Shown here: piece by piece, positions 19,703-29,691 of the stretch
Numbering within the stretch: the first letter of the stretch is position 1
How the letters are laid out: each line of letters opens with the position of its first letter
Virus record (IMG/VR): IMGVR_UViG_3300033066_001917
Coordinates: 96,001-160,000 of that record
DNA from: a virus
Taxonomy: Duplodnaviria > Caudoviricetes
DNA length: 64,000 nt
Reading direction: 5' to 3' (one strand)
Notes under the pieces: model-generated
Told to the model about the DNA's origin: nothing
Databases searched by the model: none
The model's input: only the letters and a program-made list of their open reading frames with translations
Position numbers and translations under genes: made by a program

Positions 19703-20549
19703 TTACTCTTCAACCCTCTCCATTTTCGTTTGGTGATCAATCTGGTGCGCAAAAATAGGACTTGCGCCTTTGAAAATTACGTCCACGGCGTTAACACAAC
19801 CCCATTTGAGTGGCAACTGAACCGGAACGTACTCCTGCCTTTGAACGATCAGTCCGGGGTTGGACCTAGCTTCGTGCATTTTCGGTAATTTCTGCACTTC
19901 TTCCGTCGTGAAGGCTCGATGTACCGTTTGCTTGTTGAATGCCACGCCGAACTTCCTCTCCGGCGGTAAGAGACCCCACGATTTACCATTTTCCGTTAAC
20001 CACGATCGAACGTCTCGTGGGCTTTTACCGTGAATAGCCGATGGGGATAAAAATTCCTGGCCCCTCCCAAGGGTTGAGTTACGAATTGCATCCGTTTCTC
20101 TCCATTTCACAACCTCTTGCGCCGTTGTTCGATCCAGAACATTGTAGGCCCTGCAATCAAAGGTAGCGATTTTATTGGTACTGATACCCCCACTTGTTAA
20201 GGTCGAGGTTGAATCTAGCAGCCGCAATTCCCGCCAGTAAGGAGCACAGTTTCATCACCCCCCCACCAAAGATGGGCTGGGCTTTCCCTTGTGGGTGGTA
20301 GACAAGAGTGATCTCGTCTGACTGCGTGTAGCAATAACATGCACCTATCTCACTGGCCAGATGCAGCATGGTATCGACCATGAGGCCATTAAGCCTTGGG
20401 TCAAATGGCCGTTCAACGCAAGATGTCCAGGAGTGAAAGGAACGGCCATCTAGGCGAATGATGATGGGCTGTTCCGGGTCTAGGGTCAGATCGGTGACCC
20501 CTTCAAATTTCTTGAGCCTATCCCCCTCGGGGTCTGGTTGCTTAGACAT
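19703..20549 (-). pseudogene. thg1: tRNA-His guanylyltransferase/Thg1-like protein, split by a 1-nt frameshift
   Basis: IRLDGRSFH, RPFD, YTQSDEITL (20172-20549) and FDCR, WR..DAIRNS (19703-20227); removing one G from the G5 run at 20187-20191 fuses them. Confidence 0.85.
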
Positions 20550-20564
20550 GCAAGGGGTTACGTC

Positions 20565-21044
20565 TCAGACAACCCTCTCGTTCTCTACAATCCCACCATG
20601 ACCGCAAACAGTGCAATTGTAGTGGACCGTGAACTGTGGTTGGTTTTTTCCATCAATGATGTCATACCGCAGAGTTGTTACGGGGTTCCCTGCGAAATCC
20701 TTGTGTTTTCGGTGAACGGCACCACCACATTTTAGGCATTGATATTCATAGGATTCGAAACAAGAAGATACGCCTTTGATGACACATGGTAGGCCGTCCC
20801 TTTTGTCTCGTGAGTGTTTTGTGTACCAGGAGTTGTCACATTTGATTTCGTGTGTGAATTCTTTTTTGCACTCTTCACACAAACAGGAATACCAATGGTG
20901 ATTGGGGTCACGTCCAATACCGCCCATAACAGTTTGCTCATGGTTTAACTGTTTCACTCGCTCACTGTCGCAATACGGGCATACGTGATTGGTTCCCAAA
21001 ATGGGACGGTTGCTGATGATGTCTAGAAGGTCCATATAGGCCAT
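20565..21044 (-). CDS. Multi-CxxC zinc-finger protein
   Basis: CPYC, CEEC, CLKC, CTVC. Confidence 0.6.
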   Translation of the reverse strand: MAYMDLLDIISNRPILGTNHVCPYCDSERVKQLNHEQTVMGGIGRDPNHHWYSCLCEECKKEFTHEIKCDNSWYTKHSRDKRDGLPCVIKGVSSCFESYEYQCLKCGGAVHRKHKDFAGNPVTTLRYDIIDGKNQPQFTVHYNCTVCGHGGIVENERVV

Positions 21045-23002
21045 TACACTAAACCCAAAAGATCCGTGAGAGATTGCGGACTTTCATCTTTGGTCTCTTC
21101 ATCTTTGGGCTCACCCGCTTTTAGGTCTTCATCCCATAAAAGCGGGTTGTCAGCTAAAAGGATCCTTGCAACGGCTGTTTGATGTGATTCTGGTTCCATT
21201 TCAATGCCGGTAAATTGGAAACCCTCCTGAATAGCCGCTACTCCAGTGCTTCCACTTCCCATGAAAGGATCCAGAATATGGCCCCCAGGGGGTGTTACAA
21301 GACGGCACAGGTAGCGCATCAGTTTTAGTGGTTTGACCGATATGTGTTTGTTGATAACTCTCCCATCTGCTGTTCTTTCCTTTTTGGATGCCTTAGCACA
21401 GAAAAAGAACCGGGACGCGCCCCCCTCGTTAGGTTCATAGGTTTGAGTCGCTTGCTCTCCACGAAGACCGCCGAATATTCCGGGATCCCCCCGACTTCCA
21501 CCTTGCTTCAATTCTCCGGACTTCAACAAGCCACTTTGTTCATCTAACTCGGATACCGGGCACCCCGTTTCACATTCCCATTCTCCTTCGGTACAGAGGA
21601 AGAACCTGGATACATACCCTTCGTCTTTGTAACCAGCGTTCTGGGAACCTTCGGGGAAGGTTCCCAGACTTTTCCCTGTGTAACCACCTTGTGACACACC
21701 GTTGCTTCTTACGGATGTTCCCCCTTTAGAGATCCCACCCTGTTTGTTGAGTGCATCTACCGGACACCCGGGCTCGCACCCCCATTCATCAAATCCATCT
21801 GTACACAAGAAGAACCGAGAGGCCCCCCCGGAGTCCATAGGATACTCCACTGATCGATGGTTCCTAGGACCCCATACCGTATTCCTTACATCAGCTTCGG
21901 AAGATTGTTTTGATCTCCGACCCGTAATACTGGTCGTCCCGCTCTGTTCATCCAGAGATTTTACCGGACACCCGGACTCACATTCCCAAGCGGGAATGGT
22001 TTCCGTACCATCCTCGCCCCCATAACCGCAAGTCCTACCTAGGGAGTCAATTCCGCCTCCATAAAGGGTATGTTTGCGATCTCCATCTGGTTCATATGCG
22101 GTACCCGTTTTAACTTTCCGGGTGCCGATCTTTCGACAACCCGGAAGATGCGATAAAACCACATTTCCGGGCCACCTCCCGCCCGGCGTGGGGTTACATT
22201 GAACTTTTCTGTCCCCCTCGGCACCAAAATAGCTTTGCTGGTTCTCCGGCATTTCCTGCCCGCGGTTGCGATAGTACATGGCCCCGCTATCGGGTTCATT
22301 TGCACCTACCGGGATTCTGCATCCATCGATGTTGATACCCCCCGTTCCGTGCTTGAGAACGTTTTCCGCTACAGTTCCAATCAGTGGTTTCCTGAACATC
22401 AGGAACGGTTCATGGGAAGGTTTCAGTGCCGTGCCATGGCCTTCGTATCGTTTAGCCTCCTCCCGCTCTATAGTCTTGGGTTGAGTTTTCTTTCTGGACT
22501 TGGGGAACTCAGACCAGTGGAGATCCTCACGGTCCCGGGCCCCATCGCCCGTAACGGTTGAATCGGATCTGCCATGTTCTAGGTGGGCTTCCACCACCTT
22601 AGCAATGTTCACACTCTTGGGAAATCCTCCGGATTTGATCCACACTATGGTGTCCCGACATTCGAACCCAGCCAGTCTCAGAGCAATCCCCAGAAGGTCT
22701 TGCGTCCGGGTGCTGGAGGCCGCCAGGATGTGTCCTCCTGGTTTTAGGACCCGATAGCACTCCTTCCATAATTCTGGGCCGGGAACGAAAGCGTCCCACC
22801 CCCGGCCCATCATTCCCCCTTTCATGCGTGGAGTGTATATTTCACCCATTATCCAAGCTGACAGTGCCTGGATAATGTCGCTCGCTTCGTGATCCGACAT
22901 CCCGTAGGGGGGATCCGTCACGATCGAATCGTAGGTGTTGTCTGGGATGGATTTGAGGGTGGCGAGGGCTTCGCCAAGAAGGAGGGTGTCCCGAAGACTC
23001 AT
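21044..23002 (-). CDS. DNA methyltransferase (N6/N4, beta class) with internal triplicated Cys module
   Basis: VTDPPY near N-terminus, H.SVKP..LMRYL and LDPFMGSGSTG near C-terminus. Confidence 0.9.
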   Translation of the reverse strand: MSLRDTLLLGEALATLKSIPDNTYDSIVTDPPYGMSDHEASDIIQALSAWIMGEIYTPRMKGGMMGRGWDAFVPGPELWKECYRVLKPGGHILAASSTRTQDLLGIALRLAGFECRDTIVWIKSGGFPKSVNIAKVVEAHLEHGRSDSTVTGDGARDREDLHWSEFPKSRKKTQPKTIEREEAKRYEGHGTALKPSHEPFLMFRKPLIGTVAENVLKHGTGGINIDGCRIPVGANEPDSGAMYYRNRGQEMPENQQSYFGAEGDRKVQCNPTPGGRWPGNVVLSHLPGCRKIGTRKVKTGTAYEPDGDRKHTLYGGGIDSLGRTCGYGGEDGTETIPAWECESGCPVKSLDEQSGTTSITGRRSKQSSEADVRNTVWGPRNHRSVEYPMDSGGASRFFLCTDGFDEWGCEPGCPVDALNKQGGISKGGTSVRSNGVSQGGYTGKSLGTFPEGSQNAGYKDEGYVSRFFLCTEGEWECETGCPVSELDEQSGLLKSGELKQGGSRGDPGIFGGLRGEQATQTYEPNEGGASRFFFCAKASKKERTADGRVINKHISVKPLKLMRYLCRLVTPPGGHILDPFMGSGSTGVAAIQEGFQFTGIEMEPESHQTAVARILLADNPLLWDEDLKAGEPKDEETKDESPQSLTDLLGLV

Positions 23003-23030
23003 AGGGGAACGTTACCCCAAAAGTTGGCCC

Positions 23031-23339
23031 CTATCGGAGTACCAGGGTGGTGTACCGAAGACTCCAAATCACCCAGTAGATACCAATGACCATAAGCATC
23101 CGTTGGGTCTCCGGGTTATCAATACCCCGATCAACGAAAAAGTACCCCAAACACACACTGGCGCATGTTCCTACACCCCAAAGAACCCACCTTGTGGCAA
23201 GGTAATGGAACTCCACCCTTTTGTATTCAAGATACAGGTGCCTCCGGGTCGGTTTGGGAAGGGATATGTTTCGATAAGGTGATTCAATGGTACTGGACAT
23301 TAGTCGTCTTCCCAATCCTAAAACAGTGGATTTCCACAT
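23031..23339 (-). CDS. Small membrane protein
   Basis: Two hydrophobic segments; start uncertain. Confidence 0.45.
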   Translation of the reverse strand: MWKSTVLGLGRRLMSSTIESPYRNISLPKPTRRHLYLEYKRVEFHYLATRWVLWGVGTCASVCLGYFFVDRGIDNPETQRMLMVIGIYWVIWSLRYTTLVLR

Positions 23340-23700
23340 CTTCTAATGTGGAAAAATACCCTTTCCATGGAGGGTAAGCATCTGTAAGGGTATCCTCCAC
23401 GATAGCTTCCCGGATTTTTAGAGCCTCATCCTCGGTTGCTACCGCGGCCCACACCTCCCAGTTACCGTGGGTCGTTCCGAAACTGTTTCCATCCTGATAG
23501 CGAGGGATTACCAGGAACACGCGCTCGGCATTGAAAACTTCCTCGGACACCTCGAAATCATGAGCGAAAAATCCATTCTTTTCTCTAGCCACGGATTTGA
23601 AAGTCACGCTGATGTATGCCGGGTTTCGGTAAATACTATCCTGCTGGAGCTCTCCACCTTGAGTGGAAGACTGGTAGCTAAGGTATAGCTTTTTGTTCAT
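23284..23700 (-). CDS. Hypothetical protein
   Basis: 138 aa; GTAA-N8-ATG upstream. Confidence 0.65.
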   Translation of the reverse strand: MNKKLYLSYQSSTQGGELQQDSIYRNPAYISVTFKSVAREKNGFFAHDFEVSEEVFNAERVFLVIPRYQDGNSFGTTHGNWEVWAAVATEDEALKIREAIVEDTLTDAYPPWKGYFSTLEDVEIHCFRIGKTTNVQYH

Positions 23701-23715
23701 GGTTTTAATTACCCA

Positions 23716-24498
23716 TCAAGGCCCAAGAAGAGTGTACAAAACCATACATTTCCCACCCGCTAGGGTGCCCAATCCGAATCCAAGATGATAGAGATCCCGG
23801 AGAGGTTCAAATGGGTTAGGTGTTTCTTTATCCCTTTTTGTCAGCTCCAGATACTTAGGCCAGAACTGCACCCCACACATAACCTCTTTGTAACTCTGTT
23901 TTGGTGACTCGAGAGTCACCAAATTGGTGGGTCCTTTGGCCGGAGTGTTGTGATAAATCTTCGACCATTCGGAGAAAATATCAAGAGATGTCCCCACGTA
24001 TCTCAGGAAACCCCATGGGTTTTCCCTGTAGGTGCTGTTATAGCATACACCACACCATGTCACATCCACGAGGGGCTCTTCACCCAGAATAAACAATCGG
24101 CGGTTGAATTCGCGGACCAACTCTTCAGCTAAAACAAGACTTTCCCCACCGTAAGCCGCGAGCGATGCTAGCTCTTTGATTGTGAGTGGGTAGGGGGATG
24201 GTGAGGATCCCTTGGGTGAGTAAAACGACCTTCTTCTACAATCGCTCCAATCTTCCGCAAGTACCCCGCGTGCGGTTAAATCCTCCCATAGCTGACTGAC
24301 CGAGTCGTAGACCATTGGAAAAGTGCGGGTCACGTTTTTGTATTGTGCTTTAGGTTTTCTCCCGGTCCATGTCCATGTAATAGTGCCTTCCTGAAAATGA
24401 ACGGCATCTGGCCAAGCGAAAAAATGCTTAAAGCTAGGACCCATCTCACCCGTGAGGCAGGCGAGAACATCCGCTAATCGTTTGCGCGCTGGTCCCAC
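23716..24498 (-). CDS. Hypothetical protein
   Basis: 260-aa ORF in minus-strand run. Confidence 0.6.
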   Translation of the reverse strand: MGPARKRLADVLACLTGEMGPSFKHFFAWPDAVHFQEGTITWTWTGRKPKAQYKNVTRTFPMVYDSVSQLWEDLTARGVLAEDWSDCRRRSFYSPKGSSPSPYPLTIKELASLAAYGGESLVLAEELVREFNRRLFILGEEPLVDVTWCGVCYNSTYRENPWGFLRYVGTSLDIFSEWSKIYHNTPAKGPTNLVTLESPKQSYKEVMCGVQFWPKYLELTKRDKETPNPFEPLRDLYHLGFGLGTLAGGKCMVLYTLLGP

Positions 24499-24899
24499 AT
24501 GGACTCCCGGAGTGTCATTTTAAGAAATTTCCCAAGCATAATGGCTACCATGTCACTATTGTATTCCGGAAACCTCCCTTCGGGTCCACAAAGAAACCAC
24601 AAAGGGCACCACTCCACGAGGCCCTCGGCCGAAGATTGGGGTGTGCCTTCGTACTCCAGAGCAAGGTAGGTGTGGGCGAGCGATCCATCTGCCAGATACC
24701 GTTGAAATAGAGGCTTGGCGTCCGTGACGGTGATTCCGGTTTCCTCTCTGGTTTCACGAATTGCTGTTTCCAGCGGGCTCTCCCCGGGCTCGCCCTTTCC
24801 AAATGGCATCCCCCATTTTCTGTCCTTGTTGGACCGAACGAGCAGAACTTTGCCCTCACTGATGATCAGCATCCCAGCGCAAGGTTGTTTTTTCTCCAT
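24474..24899 (-). CDS. Nudix hydrolase
   Basis: Nudix box GKGEPGESPLETAIRETREETG; start chosen from GTAA-N7-ATG. Confidence 0.9.
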   Translation of the reverse strand: MEKKQPCAGMLIISEGKVLLVRSNKDRKWGMPFGKGEPGESPLETAIRETREETGITVTDAKPLFQRYLADGSLAHTYLALEYEGTPQSSAEGLVEWCPLWFLCGPEGRFPEYNSDMVAIMLGKFLKMTLRESMWDQRAND

Positions 24900-24913
24900 A
24901 GTCTTATTACCTC

Positions 24914-25234
24914 TCACCCGAAATACTCTGGGCATGGGACATTGTCACCTTCAAGCCACCGAAGACAGTCAGTTGGGCCAGAATAGGATGCCTGGATGAC
25001 CTCCTTCCCCGCTAGGACATGGGCTACCCACCGATGATTGCCGTCTGAAATCGTGAGCTCGGTTGGTGCCACACCCCACCATTTCCAGTCAATGTTGATG
25101 GGATCCAGATCTTCCCCCGCCATGAGCCGATCATACATCCACCTCACGCGCCCAGCATCATAGCTGTTGGATCGGTCCAGTTCCGGTACGTAGTTCGGTA
25201 TGGGTGATGCCGCCAGTACCACATCCAAGCGCAT
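24914..25234 (-). CDS. ParB/Srx-like domain protein
   Basis: LDPINI...ISDGNHRW; GAGG SD before ATG at 25234. Confidence 0.65.
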   Translation of the reverse strand: MRLDVVLAASPIPNYVPELDRSNSYDAGRVRWMYDRLMAGEDLDPINIDWKWWGVAPTELTISDGNHRWVAHVLAGKEVIQASYSGPTDCLRWLEGDNVPCPEYFG

Positions 25235-25295
25235 TTTGTTGACCTCATTGGAGGGCCAGCCCGCAAGTCTGAGCCTGGAAACGAGAATCATGGAA

Positions 25296-25640
25296 CTATC
25301 CCCGGCCATAGTGGCGGTCCTCCTGTTCGCGCATCCACTCGTACCCGAAGGGTTCCAGGTCCGTGAGGGGGTTCGGGGCGGTGTTGGGGGTCCAGTTGGG
25401 GTTGTTGACGAAACGGTCTTCCGTGGGGTTATCTCCCCAAGCGGAGATAATTCTATCCAGGAGGTTCCGGGCTCCTTCTTCCCACTGGAAACTGTGATTG
25501 TGGTAGAAATCAGCCCAAAAGCGATCTCCCACGGTTCGGCGAGCACAGACGAAATACTGGCGTCGGCTTGAAGGACCGTCTTCCGGGTGGTGGTATTCAA
25601 CAACGGTCTCACCGATTTCGAGCATGAAGGTGTCAGTCAT
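25296..25640 (-). CDS. Hypothetical protein
   Basis: GGAG SD before MTDTFML. Confidence 0.55.
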   Translation of the reverse strand: MTDTFMLEIGETVVEYHHPEDGPSSRRQYFVCARRTVGDRFWADFYHNHSFQWEEGARNLLDRIISAWGDNPTEDRFVNNPNWTPNTAPNPLTDLEPFGYEWMREQEDRHYGRG

Positions 25641-25665
25641 GATGGGCTCCCTGTTGATGTGGTGG

Positions 25666-25968
25666 TTACCAGGAAAGACGGACGTAGTAGCGACCATGGT
25701 CAAGCTCACCCCTCTCTGCAAGGTCGCAGAGAACGTCAGAGATACTTACTTTGTTCGCGCGAATGGTTTCGATGGTGACGGAACGAGTGAACTGATCGTA
25801 GGTGGTGTCCCCACTTTTAATGCAGCCTTTGGTGGCATCGTCACCAAAGGTAGCCTCCTGAGCCTCGTCCCAATCCGCGCCGTATACCTCGCACATTTTC
25901 CTGAAAAGGTCGTTGGCATCGATGACACGATCCTCCCGACACGGGAGTTTGGTCCTGGTAGTAACCAT
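25666..25968 (-). CDS. Hypothetical protein
   Basis: 100-aa ORF. Confidence 0.55.
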   Translation of the reverse strand: MVTTRTKLPCREDRVIDANDLFRKMCEVYGADWDEAQEATFGDDATKGCIKSGDTTYDQFTRSVTIETIRANKVSISDVLCDLAERGELDHGRYYVRLSW

Positions 25969-25980
25969 TGGGGTAGGGGA

Positions 25981-26181
25981 TCAGTGGGGATTGTGAGAGA
26001 GATCGCGGCGATCGAAATCACGGGTACGGGTACGGACTGCACCACGGTCGTGAGTGCGGTTGCGAGCGCGGGCGCGGCGACCGGCAGAACCCTTGTTGAA
26101 GCGGTCGGTGTTGCAACAAGGGCAGTGGACACCACCAACACCGCAGTTGCTGTGGACAAGACGGGTACGAACGTCACTCAT
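25981..26181 (-). CDS. Small Arg/Cys-rich protein
   Basis: CGVGGVHCPCC; GAGG SD; downstream of YCGATA motif. Confidence 0.5.
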   Translation of the reverse strand: MSDVRTRLVHSNCGVGGVHCPCCNTDRFNKGSAGRRARARNRTHDRGAVRTRTRDFDRRDLSHNPH

Positions 26182-26237
26182 AGTGGAAACACCTCAACTC
26201 TGTATCGGTTGGGATTGTACGAAAACAACCATAAAAG

Positions 26238-26885
26238 TTACTTGATGGTCGCCCAAGGTGTCGGAACATCCCCGTAATGTTCTTGGAAAATGTTGGGGCT
26301 AAATCCATTTCGCTCCATAGCTGCTCTAGAATGGGTGTCCCGGGCTTGTTCCCCTTCCTGAAATCCAATACTGTAGGCATCATAGAGAGAGGGATTTACC
26401 GGAATACCCGTGTTCAAATGGCCACGGAATCCAGTCACACCGTCCTTGAATCCCATCTCCCAAGAAGAGAACAGTTGGTATGAAAGGTGAGGGGGGGTGT
26501 TGTTGGTGACTTTCGGTGCTACCATTCCAATAATACTCCTAAGGGAACGCAAGATGACGGATCCAATATCCGGGTGGACCCCAACCATAAAATTGGTCAG
26601 TTCATCGAGTTTTGCCCACCGAGCCGAACGTACCAAGGCCCCCAGTTCATCGTAGGCATCCACTACACTATAATAAACGACAATCGATGTCCCATTTGCA
26701 CTGATGGAACAGAGTTCATTAGGGTTTGTAATTCCAACCCCAAGTCGTCCACGAGCTAAGTTATCGAGTCTAGTTGGAGTACCCGAGTAGGGTAGAAAGT
26801 CCCCCTGATGACCCTGTTCGTGGTTCCCTGATACAACTGCAACTTCTCCAGATCTATTCAGTACTGCAAGTGCTACGATGTTCAT
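26238..26885 (-). CDS. Hypothetical protein
   Basis: 215 aa, coupled to upstream gene. Confidence 0.55.
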   Translation of the reverse strand: MNIVALAVLNRSGEVAVVSGNHEQGHQGDFLPYSGTPTRLDNLARGRLGVGITNPNELCSISANGTSIVVYYSVVDAYDELGALVRSARWAKLDELTNFMVGVHPDIGSVILRSLRSIIGMVAPKVTNNTPPHLSYQLFSSWEMGFKDGVTGFRGHLNTGIPVNPSLYDAYSIGFQEGEQARDTHSRAAMERNGFSPNIFQEHYGDVPTPWATIK

Positions 26886-27262
26886 GCTGCTTCTCCTACT
26901 TTGATTTCCTCGCTGCCAAAACGACCCCGTTTAATCGTTACAACAAAAGGATCAGGGTTGAGCTCAATCGTCACCTCAACACTGTAGGTGGTGGTGATGG
27001 GCCGACCGTCGCGAAAACCCGCGGCATTGTAGTGTCCAACTCTGACCGGCCATGGGATAGGGCTATCTTCGTCGAGTTGCTCAATTGTTGCCACCCAGAG
27101 CCCTTTGTCATTGTAGGACATGCGGAGGATAACTCCTCCCGAACCGTTCTGCGGTTCTATGACAAACTGAACCTCATTCGAGGTGTACACGTCTTTCAGT
27201 GGCTTATCATCCAAAGTGACCAGTACTAGATCGTCGCTGTGACCATGAATTTTGAGCTGCAT
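26882..27262 (-). CDS. Hypothetical protein
   Basis: 126 aa, HGHSDDLV N-terminal motif. Confidence 0.6.
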   Translation of the reverse strand: MQLKIHGHSDDLVLVTLDDKPLKDVYTSNEVQFVIEPQNGSGGVILRMSYNDKGLWVATIEQLDEDSPIPWPVRVGHYNAAGFRDGRPITTTYSVEVTIELNPDPFVVTIKRGRFGSEEIKVGEAA

Positions 27263-27441
27263 TAGTATCCGTCCTTGTACCAGCCCCCACCTTTTAGTTG
27301 GAAAGAGGTTCTGGAGATCAATCTCTTGATTGGTCCCTTACACGTTTCCGAAGGGCACTGGGTTAGTGGGTCATCCGTAATTTTCTGCTGAAGCTCGAAT
27401 CTCTGCTGGCATTTTTCGCAGGTGTAAGTATAAGTCGGCAT
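27262..27441 (-). CDS. FmdB-family zinc-ribbon protein (59 aa)
   Basis: MPTYTYTCEKC..FE..Q...DDPL..CP..C....RLIS...F.LKGGGWYKDGY; not in ORF track. Confidence 0.85.
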   Translation of the reverse strand: MPTYTYTCEKCQQRFELQQKITDDPLTQCPSETCKGPIKRLISRTSFQLKGGGWYKDGY

Positions 27442-27502
27442 GGATCTGTTACACCTTCAGAGACGATAAGGTGATTTTTGGGGTAAGTGTGTACGTGTAA
27501 TT

Positions 27503-27895
27503 GTGGCAAGCTTGATTCCAGCAAACGAGTTTGAAGAAGTCCTGGAGATCGATCCGCCTGAATCTCTTTCTTCGGTCCAACGGATTCTTGGTTGTCTTAA
27601 CGTCACCCCCTGCAGATTCGTAGATGATGAGGGGGGTAGCTGGTTCTGGTCTCCCATATCTTCTCCCTCAAACCCCTCAAATAACCGGGTTGCTAAATGG
27701 ATTAAGGCACCCGTCCCAGTGCATGGAATGTGCCTTTTCATGTCAAAACGTGAAATGACGGCTTTTTTCCCACCGAGGGTGCCCACCGGATGGTGGGCAC
27801 CCAATTCCGTAACTTTGAAGACGGAAGACGACTCTGAGAATTTGGACTCGCTCGTGGCTTCGTTCAAACCTAGACCAAAATGGGGTAAGCCGTAA
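27503..27895 (+). CDS. Hypothetical protein (paralog of next gene)
   Basis: MASLIP.....LE......S.VQ..LG shared N-terminus. Confidence 0.6.
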   Translation: MASLIPANEFEEVLEIDPPESLSSVQRILGCLNVTPCRFVDDEGGSWFWSPISSPSNPSNNRVAKWIKAPVPVHGMCLFMSKREMTAFFPPRVPTGWWAPNSVTLKTEDDSENLDSLVASFKPRPKWGKP

Positions 27896-27897
27896 TC

Positions 27898-28302
27898 ATG
27901 GCTTCTCTCATACCTGTCGAAGGAGAGATACTGGAGTTATTTGTCCCCTCAACTTCTTCCGAAGTCCAAATTCTTTTGGGGCATCAACAAGTTTGGTTGG
28001 AGACGGATACAGGAGCCTTGTGGGTTTGGGGGACTGGGGGTGGTTGGAACAATAGGGCCATTCAATGGTGTGGGGGAGGGGTTATTGGACCCTGTCTTTT
28101 TGCCTCCGCAAAAGAGGCAAAAGTCTTAAAACCATGCCTCACACGAAAGACCCTGGATTTAAGACTTCAAGATACAATAGTATCCTACTTCAAGAAAATC
28201 CCCATTTCGTCAGTGCCCCTCTCAAAGCCGTGGGATGAGTTTAAGTTCGATTCCAACGATATTGCTCTGGATCCCCCCTATGATGTCAAATCAAACTTCT
28301 GA
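27898..28302 (+). CDS. Hypothetical protein (paralog of previous gene)
   Basis: Same N-terminal pattern plus NNR...W...V.G.CLF. Confidence 0.6.
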   Translation: MASLIPVEGEILELFVPSTSSEVQILLGHQQVWLETDTGALWVWGTGGGWNNRAIQWCGGGVIGPCLFASAKEAKVLKPCLTRKTLDLRLQDTIVSYFKKIPISSVPLSKPWDEFKFDSNDIALDPPYDVKSNF

Positions 28303-28696
28303 TCTCCCCTTGGTTGGTGACAAGTTAGGCACCAACCCTTTTGTTGACTTGACCGAGGACTACAAAGTCCTGGAATGGTATGACGGTCCCCTGCTTTCAT
28401 GTGCCAGATTTCCTGGCAACCCCCAGTGGTACGTTCTCCACTGGGCAGACGTAGACAGTCGGTGTAATCGGTGGATCGTCTACGATGTTTCGCCGACGGA
28501 CTTAGACGTGATGGCTAACAAAGACAACACGTCCACTTGTCGAGAGATCATTTCCCGATCCAAAGAGCTTTATCTTTTGGACATAGATAATGAATTTCAA
28601 CACGTGGCTACCTACCGAGTTACATTCAATGAGCTTGACTCCTACGGTGTACTTCCGGCTGAAAGCATGACCTATGGAAACCCAGATTCTGTTTGA
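28235..28696 (+). CDS. Hypothetical protein (LEWYDGPLL motif)
   Basis: ORF in plus-strand run; start probably at internal Met. Confidence 0.55.
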   Translation: MSLSSIPTILLWIPPMMSNQTSDLPLVGDKLGTNPFVDLTEDYKVLEWYDGPLLSCARFPGNPQWYVLHWADVDSRCNRWIVYDVSPTDLDVMANKDNTSTCREIISRSKELYLLDIDNEFQHVATYRVTFNELDSYGVLPAESMTYGNPDSV

Positions 28697-29417
28697 GCCG
28701 CGGTTATATACCGTGCGAGAGCTTGGAACCGTTGACTTACCGGGGGGCGAACATACCCGTGTAGGGGTGTTTATGTTCGAGGGAGAGGAGGAGAAACAGG
28801 TGGGTGAGTACCTCCGTAATCTAGGAGGTACGGGACCATTTTTCCCTTTCCTTCAAGGGGGTGTTGAGTACGCTCTCTACAGCCCTAACTACACGACGAC
28901 AAGCGTGATGAGACTTCCAGATTGTGAGAAGATAGCATCGGAACCCGATGACCCTATGGGAATAGGGTATTGCCCGATGGAATTTTGCGTACCAACCACA
29001 CCCAAAAAGAGATCGGAAATCTATGGGTTACCGTATGAGGATCAGGTAAGAGGATTGTGGGGTGTAGTTTCGGGGTGTTATTGGGGGGCCGAATGGTACA
29101 GCCCTATTCAGTTCCTTGACCTTTCGGAGATAGAGAAAGGAAAAGTTAGTCGGGATGATCGATTTGGGGGTCTTCAGGCACCACGGTCCCTTCCCTTGAA
29201 GGATGCTTTGGATCTGTGGTGTTACACGGATAAGTCACCGACCCTATCAATCCTAGCATCCACCCCGGTCAACCTAACGGAATCGATGGAAGTTGACCCT
29301 TTGGATCTTGCCAAAGAGATTCTAACCGAACTGGATCCTGTCAAAGACCACTCTCGGCGCGTATCTATTCTGGAATCAAAAATAAACTGGCTGCTTCGTT
29401 GGCATAAAAAAGGATGA
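28674..29417 (+). CDS. Hypothetical protein
   Basis: 247-aa ORF. Confidence 0.6.
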   Translation: METQILFEPRLYTVRELGTVDLPGGEHTRVGVFMFEGEEEKQVGEYLRNLGGTGPFFPFLQGGVEYALYSPNYTTTSVMRLPDCEKIASEPDDPMGIGYCPMEFCVPTTPKKRSEIYGLPYEDQVRGLWGVVSGCYWGAEWYSPIQFLDLSEIEKGKVSRDDRFGGLQAPRSLPLKDALDLWCYTDKSPTLSILASTPVNLTESMEVDPLDLAKEILTELDPVKDHSRRVSILESKINWLLRWHKKG

Positions 29418-29421
29418 CAAT

Positions 29422-29691
29422 ATGGGTCTTTCCGTGGTATCAAAACCAGAGGTGGCGTTGCGTTATACAACGCCTTGGGGCTTATCCGTCCAAAGTATTG
29501 GGGAGGAAGACCAGATGCTCCTCCGAAATACCTTTGGATCCGAAATGTATCTTTGGTACAAAAGTAGGGATGTCGTTCCTACTAGAGCTACATCCAATCT
29601 CCAGGGTCCTATCTTGTGGATCCATCGAAGCATTCTAGGCACAGGGCAACCTATCACGACGGAGTTAAAAGATGAAACCACCCAGGGGTAA
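29422..29691 (+). CDS. Hypothetical protein
   Basis: 89 aa, AAGGA SD. Confidence 0.45.
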   Translation: MGLSVVSKPEVALRYTTPWGLSVQSIGEEDQMLLRNTFGSEMYLWYKSRDVVPTRATSNLQGPILWIHRSILGTGQPITTELKDETTQG

